Part shown: positions 1 to 6,285 of the stretch, one piece after another | Layout of the letters: each line of letters begins with the position of its first letter | How positions within the stretch are numbered: the first letter of the stretch is position 1 | Source: a virus | Lineage: Duplodnaviria; Caudoviricetes | Direction: 5' to 3' (one strand) | Length of the DNA: 64,000 nt | IMG/VR virus record: IMGVR_UViG_3300036982_000125 | Span: 1 to 64,000 of that record | Program-made: the position numbers and the translations under genes | Notes under the pieces: generated by a model | The model's database searches: none | Told to the model about the DNA's origin: nothing | What the model saw: the letters and a program-made list of their open reading frames with translations, nothing else

Positions 1-370
1 CTCTTTCTGGATATTTATTAGATGTTGTTATAGATAGAGCTCCTTTGATTGGTCTTGTATAAGTTCTATTAGGAATAGAATTTGGACCATTATCTTCACC
101 ACATCCAACATTACAAACAAGTGAGTTCACCGTAAAGATTTCAACTATATCAGTTTTAATTACATCTTCACCTATTTGAATTTCTGAAGGAATTATTTCT
201 TCTGGAGACAAATCAACAATAGCTTTTTTCTCTTTTAATTGATAAATTATAGCTGAGTCTCCTGTAGCTTCACCATTTGAAATCTTAGGTCCATAACCAA
301 TAGATATAGCATCAGGATATAAATCCCTTAACTCATCTATCTTATTTAATATTTCATTTGTTAATTGCAT
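1..370 (-). CDS. Partial gene (runs off window start); probable trypsin-like (S1/Nal1-type) serine protease, N-terminal part
   Basis: Hand-translated open frame from ATG at 370 to the window edge: MQLTNEILNKIDELRDLYPDAISIGYGPKISNGEATGDSAIIYQLKEKKAIVDLSPEEIIPSEIQIGEDVIKTDIVE...NRTYTRPIKGALSITT. This resembles the Nal1-like prodomain (IG.G.K..NG..TG..AI...V..K......P..I......TD.VE) followed by RP..G..SI. Catalytic residues lie outside the window. Confidence 0.55.
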   Translation of the reverse strand, partial: MQLTNEILNKIDELRDLYPDAISIGYGPKISNGEATGDSAIIYQLKEKKAIVDLSPEEIIPSEIQIGEDVIKTDIVEIFTVNSLVCNVGCGEDNGPNSIPNRTYTRPIKGALSITTSNKYPER

Positions 371-381
371 ATTATTTTATA

Positions 382-2043
382 TTATGGAGTTACTCCTTCA
401 AAATATGTAAACACTGTATTCACACCTGCTATTGTTGTTGTTGTGCTAGTAGTTGGAGGGAAAAGTGTAGTAGTTGATGTAGTTATTACAGGATCATCAA
501 AACATCCTAATGCTGCCCAACCACCTTGTCCACAATTTGTACCTGAAAATGTTAACTGAGTATAATCAGAAGGTGCAGTTATAACAAATTCACCATTTCC
601 TTGACCAGTACTAGTTAATCCTGTAATTATATCATTACCTGAAACAGTCATTAAACAAGCAGTGTTGATTGTAATAGTTGGTGTACCACCATTTGTTGTA
701 AATCTATACTCATCACCAAAATCATTAGTCGATAATCTAAAAGGAACATTGTTTACTGGTGTTGGAAAAGTTAATATATAATTAAATGCTGGAGTGTCTA
801 ATGAACAAGTTCCATTTATTCCATTATATACTACTGAACCTGCTGGAACATACATACCAGTACATGGTTCATATCCTTCACCACTAACTCCACCATTTAT
901 ACCAAAGAAATTAGTACTACTAGCTTGAACAGTCATTGCCAAATAAGTAAAACTAACTGGACCAATATAAGGTCCTTGAAAACCACTTCTAAGTGTAGGC
1001 AATGCTGTAGGAGTACAATCAGGTGCGTATGGTATCAGATCTACATTTGAACAACCTCTTGATGCCCAAAAAGTTTGTGTATCAGAATATCCTAAACTTG
1101 AAGTTAATAAAGAAATACCATAAGGTGCATTTTGATCTAGTTCATAGAAATCAGAAGTCTCTGGATTATTTAAATAAATTACATTGTTCCATCCAAATAA
1201 ATCAAAAGCTCTTCTTCCAGTGTATCCAGGAGTAAAATCAATTGTATTTTGCACTTTTATTGTACCACTTTTCTCCCAAAGTGTAAAAACACTAGTAGGC
1301 ATTTGCCCATAGTATTCTGCTATGAAGTTTCCTACATTAGCTGCATTTGTATTAAAATCATGTCTAACACTAACAATTAAACTTCCTGAATTTGTATACG
1401 CAAGTCCTGTAAGTACTACAGTTATTCCAAAACTATTACCGCCAGGTCCAATACTTCTTTCTGCAACATAATTAGAAGAAGTTATTGTCAAAATAGGATT
1501 ACTTATGTCCCACCATCCTACTACTGCAACACTTGAATTTGATGAAGGTGTAGTACCTAAGTAAATATTGGTATCATCTATTGCAGCAATAATATATGGC
1601 TGTAATCGATTAGGACCAAAGTTACCAACAGGAATATCTCTAACAAATAAAAGACCTAATGTATCTTGCATTATATCCCACTCCTTAATTGTATTTGCTC
1701 CATCACCAATCCACAATTTATTATTTGTGGAAGCTTGCATTGTAATTCCTGTAGGTGTAGCAAAGTCATTTGGTACTGATATACTAACTGTTGTATTTGA
1801 TACAACATCATAAACATCTATTGAACCAACTGTATCTATATCTCTAGACCATACACAAGGTTCTGCACTTGGAAAAGCCAATGTAGTTGTGGTAGTAGTA
1901 GTAGATGAAGTAGATGTAGTTGTACTAGTGGTAGATCCACAGCCACCGCTTCTAATACAGATTAGTTCTTCTAATTGCTTAGAGATCTGCCAAAGAAGAT
2001 TGGTTGTTGTACTTCCACCTATTTGTCTACTTGGTATAGCCAT
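382..2043 (-). CDS. Virion decoration/fibre-like protein with MAIPSRQIG N-terminal module, two poly-Thr tracts and a probable beta-propeller-like middle region
   Basis: 553-aa ORF. Its N-terminus is shared with three neighbours; it carries STTSTTTSTSSTTTTTTT and PPTTSTTTT tracts and is rich in beta-strand-type residues. Confidence 0.55.
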   Translation of the reverse strand: MAIPSRQIGGSTTTNLLWQISKQLEELICIRSGGCGSTTSTTTSTSSTTTTTTTLAFPSAEPCVWSRDIDTVGSIDVYDVVSNTTVSISVPNDFATPTGITMQASTNNKLWIGDGANTIKEWDIMQDTLGLLFVRDIPVGNFGPNRLQPYIIAAIDDTNIYLGTTPSSNSSVAVVGWWDISNPILTITSSNYVAERSIGPGGNSFGITVVLTGLAYTNSGSLIVSVRHDFNTNAANVGNFIAEYYGQMPTSVFTLWEKSGTIKVQNTIDFTPGYTGRRAFDLFGWNNVIYLNNPETSDFYELDQNAPYGISLLTSSLGYSDTQTFWASRGCSNVDLIPYAPDCTPTALPTLRSGFQGPYIGPVSFTYLAMTVQASSTNFFGINGGVSGEGYEPCTGMYVPAGSVVYNGINGTCSLDTPAFNYILTFPTPVNNVPFRLSTNDFGDEYRFTTNGGTPTITINTACLMTVSGNDIITGLTSTGQGNGEFVITAPSDYTQLTFSGTNCGQGGWAALGCFDDPVITTSTTTLFPPTTSTTTTIAGVNTVFTYFEGVTP

Positions 2044-2046
2044 TAC

Positions 2047-3063
2047 TTAATAGTCTAATTTATATTTGTCTTTTATTTCTTTTAGCTTAGTAGCATAAAA
2101 CGATGTGCAATATTTCTTTGATTCTTCATGGTTAATCACAAGATCTAGGTTAGGATCTTTTGTTGGATCAGTTCCCATATGATATTTGCCTTTGTAGAAA
2201 GCTGGGTAACCATTTCCTGTTTCAGAAACTATTCCTGCATTATGAAAGATTGTATGTGTATCTAGTTTTGATATAGGATCTGTAGCCCATGCAAAAGCCA
2301 TTTCAGGAACCACCTTTGTTTCTTGGTCTCTCAACCAAATGTTCCAAAGAACAGCCCACATATCAGCACACCAGCTTTGGTATCCAGAATTTTCATCTTT
2401 AAAGAATTCTCTATTCACAGTTTGTAAATAGCTTCTTATAAGAATGCAATCATTCATCACCTTACTCCAGAAGTCACCATCTAAATTCTTTAATAGATAT
2501 TGTGCTCCTCCTGAATGATCATTATTAGCTTCACAGATTTCTCTGCTTATTCCTACAACACTTGCAATCTCTGCAAGGATGTCTCTGTTCTTATATTCTT
2601 CCAGCTTCTCTGGTAACACTTGATTAATCTTACTATCAAAATATTTAGCATTGATATAGCTGTTTGTATCAGATAGGTAGTTAATGTCATCTTCTAAAAA
2701 CTGTTCTAGATTGAAATCCTTCATAAAAAGAATATCTGAATCACAATAGAAGATTGCTTTCTCACTTAGCTCTGGATGTGCTTTGAAATGTTTCCAAAGA
2801 ACATATGGTCTAAGTACAGGAATATATATTCCTAACAATCGATTTAAGTTATCCTCATCTTCGTAATAATGAAACTCTGCTTCTGGATACAGGTCTTCTA
2901 TCTGTTTCCACTTATCTCTATTCTCTCTTCCTTTAGGTGTAAAGATAACTGATATAGCTTTATCAGAATGTCCTATTTCTTTTAGACTCTCTAACCATAA
3001 ATTCACTTGCCATGTATAATAAATATCGCTTGGACAAGCTTGTAAAAATTTTAAATCTTTCAT
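2047..3063 (-). CDS. GT-A fold glycosyltransferase resembling plant HPAT/peptidyl-Ser galactosyltransferase (GT95/GT96-like)
   Basis: 338 aa. N-terminal DIYYTWQVNLWLESL (compare plant YxxWQ), DxD motif FYCDSDILF (nt 2734-2742), and WCADMWAVLW (compare plant WxxEMY). Confidence 0.65.
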   Translation of the reverse strand: MKDLKFLQACPSDIYYTWQVNLWLESLKEIGHSDKAISVIFTPKGRENRDKWKQIEDLYPEAEFHYYEDEDNLNRLLGIYIPVLRPYVLWKHFKAHPELSEKAIFYCDSDILFMKDFNLEQFLEDDINYLSDTNSYINAKYFDSKINQVLPEKLEEYKNRDILAEIASVVGISREICEANNDHSGGAQYLLKNLDGDFWSKVMNDCILIRSYLQTVNREFFKDENSGYQSWCADMWAVLWNIWLRDQETKVVPEMAFAWATDPISKLDTHTIFHNAGIVSETGNGYPAFYKGKYHMGTDPTKDPNLDLVINHEESKKYCTSFYATKLKEIKDKYKLDY

Positions 3064-3090
3064 AATGTAGTTGGTTTTGGTTTTATATTT

Positions 3091-3234
3091 TTATAATGCT
3101 ATTGTAGTGGTTGTAGTTGTTGTTGTATTACATCCACCAGCTCTAACACAGATTAGTTGTTCTAACTGTTTAGAGATCTGCCAAAGAAGAGCTGTTCTTG
3201 TACTTCCACCTATTTGTCTGCTTGGTATTGCCAT
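3091..3234 (-). CDS. 47-aa mini-paralog: MAIPSRQIG module plus poly-Thr tail (absent from ORF track)
   Basis: Hand translation MAIPSRQIGGSTRTALLWQISKQLEQLICVRAGGCNTTTTTTTTIAL*, with an A-rich leader and TAA stop. Confidence 0.85.
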   Translation of the reverse strand: MAIPSRQIGGSTRTALLWQISKQLEQLICVRAGGCNTTTTTTTTIAL

Positions 3235-3244
3235 TGTTTGTTTT

Positions 3245-3598
3245 TTATAATGCTGTTGTTGTAGTGGTAGTGGTATGAGAATCTATACAAGGAGTACACT
3301 CATTAAGAGTGGGCCATACATATGTAACAGTTCCAACATCTGCTGGGTTAGTTGTTTGATCAACTATAAACCAACATTCAGGTGTATCATTATTAACAAT
3401 AGTACCTTCAGGTAATACACCTGCACCAGTGTAAGAAATAACATGGTATTCCATTCTCTCACATCCTGCTACATTATAATTAGTAGTTTGACTACAGCCA
3501 CCAGCAGTTACACATGTCAGACGTTCTAATTGCTTAGATATCTGCCATAGTAAGTTAGCTTTAGTGCTCCATCCAATTTGTCGAGAAGGTATTGCCAT
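3245..3598 (-). CDS. MAIPSRQIG-family small protein with Cys-containing module and C-terminal poly-Thr
   Basis: 117-aa ORF with the shared N-terminus, ending HTTTTTTTAL. Confidence 0.8.
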   Translation of the reverse strand: MAIPSRQIGWSTKANLLWQISKQLERLTCVTAGGCSQTTNYNVAGCERMEYHVISYTGAGVLPEGTIVNNDTPECWFIVDQTTNPADVGTVTYVWPTLNECTPCIDSHTTTTTTTAL

Positions 3599-3606
3599 GT
3601 TTTTTA

Positions 3607-4062
3607 TTAATTATAAACTCTTATATCTACTCTTATTTCTTTTTGTTGTTCACCACCAGCAACACTAGAGCTAATTAGTGATACATTTGTAGGAGATTGA
3701 TAAGCTACTACCCATCCATAATACTTATTATCTGGTTCTCCTCCTGAATAAGTAAAACCTATAATTTTAGTGTCAACTATAACAGGATCTACAAATGCAA
3801 TAACAATATTTCCAAATGTTCCTGATATACTATCCACAACTCCTAGTGTGTTTTCTAATGTAGAAACTACTATTATATCTCCAAGGCCATCTTGATTTAA
3901 TAATGCAGTATACACTTTATAAGGAGGTAATGTGGTTGTACTAGTAGTAGTGGGTACAATACTATTACCTGTCACTTGTGTTAATCTCTCTAATTGCTTA
4001 GAGATTTGCCATAAGAGATTATCTTCTGTTCCCCAGCCTATTTGTCTTGATGGTATTGCCAT
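3607..4062 (-). CDS. MAIPSRQIG-family protein with Thr linker and C-terminal beta-domain
   Basis: 151-aa ORF with the shared N-terminus and a PTTTSTTTLP linker. Confidence 0.8.
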   Translation of the reverse strand: MAIPSRQIGWGTEDNLLWQISKQLERLTQVTGNSIVPTTTSTTTLPPYKVYTALLNQDGLGDIIVVSTLENTLGVVDSISGTFGNIVIAFVDPVIVDTKIIGFTYSGGEPDNKYYGWVVAYQSPTNVSLISSSVAGGEQQKEIRVDIRVYN

Positions 4063-4085
4063 TTCTTTAAATTTTATTTATTATA

Positions 4086-4093
4086 CAAAAATA
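4086..4093 (-). promoter_or_regulatory. Bacteroidota sigma70-type -7 element (TATTTTTG)
   Basis: Matches TAnnTTTG; lies 24 nt upstream of the ATG at 4062 and just downstream of a terminator. Confidence 0.6.
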
Positions 4094-4097
4094 AGTA

Positions 4098-4127
4098 TTT
4101 TTCACCATTAGTATGTGATTTTCACCA
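4098..4127. repeat. Direct repeat TTTTCACCA x2, 20 bp apart; operator candidate
   Basis: ttttcacca at 4099-4107 and 4119-4127; the second copy overlaps the palindrome GTGA-TTT-TCAC. Confidence 0.45.
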
Positions 4128-4135
4128 AATTAAAA

Positions 4136-4165
4136 TAACAAAAATAGTTAGAACAAGTCTAACTA
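4136..4165 (-). terminator. Intrinsic terminator ending the lysis cassette
   Basis: Minus strand TAGTTAGA-CTTGT-TCTAACTA followed by TTTTTGTTA. Confidence 0.7.
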
Positions 4166-4167
4166 GT

Positions 4168-4317
4168 TTAATTATTTACATCTAATGTTATTGTAAGTAT
4201 TCCTAGATACAATGTATATGTGTTGTAATTATATGTTTCATCAGCATATAGAATATCCCATCCTATAGCAAATCTATCATGAGGCCAATAGATAGCAAAT
4301 GTTAATTCCCAATCCAT
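4168..4317 (-). CDS. 49-aa aromatic-rich hypothetical protein (absent from ORF track)
   Basis: MDWELTFAIYWPHDRFAIGWDILYADETYNYNTYTLYLGILTITLDVNN*; its start is coupled to the upstream stop (TAATG). Confidence 0.6.
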   Translation of the reverse strand: MDWELTFAIYWPHDRFAIGWDILYADETYNYNTYTLYLGILTITLDVNN

Positions 4318-4451
4318 TATCCCTGACCTTTATAAAGCTTCTTGTAATTCTTAGAGCTTTTTAGTTTAGATGTCTTGGTTTTAGAATGAACATTAGGTCT
4401 GCTCACTTTAATCTTAATTCTTTTTTCTGATGTGTTGGTTGCTTTTGCCAT
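4317..4451 (-). CDS. 44-aa highly basic small protein (absent from ORF track)
   Basis: MAKATNTSEKRIKIKVSRPNVHSKTKTSKLKSSKNYKKLYKGQG*; it starts 1 nt after the upstream stop. Confidence 0.7.
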   Translation of the reverse strand: MAKATNTSEKRIKIKVSRPNVHSKTKTSKLKSSKNYKKLYKGQG

Positions 4452-4452
4452 G

Positions 4453-4929
4453 TTAAAATAAGTTATATTCTAAAATTATACCATACCTTGGTGGGTTGTT
4501 TGCTTGTATAAAGTATTGAGCTCCTATATTAAACTTTGCAAATTCAATCATTATATTTGTATATAGTGTAGGAGAAATTAATGTAAATTGTGTTGATTGA
4601 GCACCCACATATCCATGTATTTCAAAAGGTTTCTTACTCTTGATTATCTCTTTGTTGATATCAATGATACTCTTTTGATGAAATATGATAGAGTCTTTTA
4701 TATCTAATTGATTCTTAAACTCAATCTCTTTTTTTTGAAAGTTCTTGATTCTTACTTCTTGTTCTTTGAGAACATTCTTAGCAAAATCATAACGTACAAG
4801 ATCAGAAACAACCTTCCTAGAAACAGTTTCACTAAGGGTGACGATAGAATCATTTTTCTTGGTATCTATCTGTGAAATACTTTTGAAGCCCACTAACAGG
4901 CAAACTATCAATAATCCTAATTTGTACAT
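4453..4929 (-). CDS. Putative outer spanin-like component (signal peptide, coiled coil, C-terminal beta-strands ending in Phe)
   Basis: 158 aa; overlaps the upstream TM/coiled-coil gene by 80 nt within the lysis cassette. Confidence 0.5.
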   Translation of the reverse strand: MYKLGLLIVCLLVGFKSISQIDTKKNDSIVTLSETVSRKVVSDLVRYDFAKNVLKEQEVRIKNFQKKEIEFKNQLDIKDSIIFHQKSIIDINKEIIKSKKPFEIHGYVGAQSTQFTLISPTLYTNIMIEFAKFNIGAQYFIQANNPPRYGIILEYNLF

Positions 4930-5173
4930 ATTCTTTTTGTTTGATGATTTTGATTCTATTAACTATAAGTGTATCCACTTCAGATAAGCTATCTATGATT
5001 CTATTAGCTTCATGATCTTTCTTTTCAAGAACAACTATCTTATCCTCTAATGCAACAACTTGTTTCAGTAAAACATTATTTTTCTCTTGTTCTGAAAGTG
5101 TAAAGAATATCAAAACAACGGTGATGATCACCGCTAAGTACTGCTCTCTTAAATAATCTAACACCTTTATCAT
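4850..5173 (-). CDS. Putative inner-membrane spanin
   Basis: N-terminal TM helix (YLAVIITVVLIFFTL) followed by a coiled coil; directly downstream of the endolysin candidate. Confidence 0.55.
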   Translation of the reverse strand: MIKVLDYLREQYLAVIITVVLIFFTLSEQEKNNVLLKQVVALEDKIVVLEKKDHEANRIIDSLSEVDTLIVNRIKIIKQKEYVQIRIIDSLPVSGLQKYFTDRYQEK

Positions 5174-5568
5174 TACTCAGTGATGTTTATAAATATCTTC
5201 TCTGTCTTTTTTACACTCTTCAGTTTATTAAATAGAGTTTTATATGTCACTCTAGATTTACCAATAAAGTTTAATGATCTAGTACTACCTACAAGAATAC
5301 AACCTTCTGTCTCAGTAGATTTATTACCTGAGTGAATTCTCACTCCTTCAAATCCAGGAACATTAAGTAATAGAGGCATGTATTGTTGAAAGCGATTAGA
5401 GAATGTAATTGCTATCTCATATTTTCCATAGGGAATAGCTGTAACATTTTTAATCTTAGCATCTCTCACCTTATCTTCTAACGTATAACATACAAATATT
5501 CCATCAATAGAAAGTTCTCCTATTGTAGAGTCATCTGTAAATATCTTTCTTTTAAGTTCTAATATCAT
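5173..5568 (-). CDS. DUF5675-family putative endolysin (L,D-peptidase-like)
   Basis: Motifs STIGEL...CYTLED, TAIPYGKY, LLNVPGFEGVRIHSGN..TETEGCILVG are typical of DUF5675; lysis-cassette context. Confidence 0.8.
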   Translation of the reverse strand: MILELKRKIFTDDSTIGELSIDGIFVCYTLEDKVRDAKIKNVTAIPYGKYEIAITFSNRFQQYMPLLLNVPGFEGVRIHSGNKSTETEGCILVGSTRSLNFIGKSRVTYKTLFNKLKSVKKTEKIFINITE

Positions 5569-5768
5569 GATATACCTCCTCTAGCTTTCATTAATTTTTC
5601 TACAATAGTTGTTGCTCCTTCAATAGCAATATATGTTGCTGCAATAATCACCCAATCAGATGAAGTTAAATTTCCACAAAAAAGGCCAACAGAACCTACA
5701 ACAAATACAGTGAGTTTTCTGCTCACCCATTTGTTTAAATAAAAATCTATCTTTTCTTTTGTACTCAT
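5565..5768 (-). CDS. Putative holin (small, 2 TM)
   Basis: 67 aa, SRKLTVFVVGSVGLFCG...WVIIAATYIAIEG; overlaps the endolysin start by 4 nt. Confidence 0.6.
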   Translation of the reverse strand: MSTKEKIDFYLNKWVSRKLTVFVVGSVGLFCGNLTSSDWVIIAATYIAIEGATTIVEKLMKARGGIS

Positions 5769-6088
5769 ATCCCTTTTATGTTTTTATATACAACAGATAA
5801 GTATTGTATAAGTGCTGCAGCTGCAATGATAATACCTACAGTCCAAGTAAATCTCTTTTTGAATTCTTCTTGCTTCTGTATCTTATCTTCTAATTCTTTT
5901 ATTTTAGATTTAAGCTCTGTAATGTCAGCAACAAATCCCCCTGTTTTTGTTAGTGCATTACCTAAGATAGCGTCTACAACTTGTGTTAGTTTAGTGTCTA
6001 TAGAAGTCATCTTCTCCTCTAGATCATATAGTCTTTGATCCATGCTTTTCAATTCTTTTCCTACTTGTTGTTCAAATGCGTTTTCCAT
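5765..6088 (-). CDS. Coiled-coil protein with C-terminal TM helix (lysis-associated membrane protein)
   Basis: Likely starts at MENAFEQQ (6088), since the longer TTG start at 6178 falls inside the promoter. Heptad pattern followed by FTWTVGIIIAAAALIQYL. Confidence 0.6.
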   Translation of the reverse strand: MENAFEQQVGKELKSMDQRLYDLEEKMTSIDTKLTQVVDAILGNALTKTGGFVADITELKSKIKELEDKIQKQEEFKKRFTWTVGIIIAAAALIQYLSVVYKNIKGI

Positions 6089-6175
6089 AAGGGAGAGTGT
6101 GGGTGTTATTATAGCATATATACACTTTAAAATGGTAAGTGCAATGATGCAATGATTATACCAATTTATATCTAG

Positions 6176-6183
6176 CAAATATA
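6176..6183 (-). promoter_or_regulatory. -7 element TATATTTG driving the lysis cassette
   Basis: TAnnTTTG match in the divergent intergenic region. Confidence 0.55.
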
Positions 6184-6258
6184 AAATTTATATTTGGAAT
6201 AATGAAGTGGTTGAAATAGATTTACAGCATAATATAGCATAAGTTAAATATATTTTTA

Positions 6259-6266
6259 TACCTTTG
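6259..6266 (+). promoter_or_regulatory. -7 element TACCTTTG driving the plus-strand glycosyltransferase
   Basis: TAnnTTTG match 20 nt upstream of the ATG at 6286. Confidence 0.55.
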
Positions 6267-6285
6267 TTTTTAAAAAATTAAAAGT

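Noticed and set aside
5765-6178. Longer TTG start for the coiled-coil membrane protein, and the longer start at 42543 for the mosaic cargo gene
   Set aside because: The first extension overlaps the promoter box and the second overlaps the HEG; internal ATGs at 6088 and 42477 fit the gene packing better.
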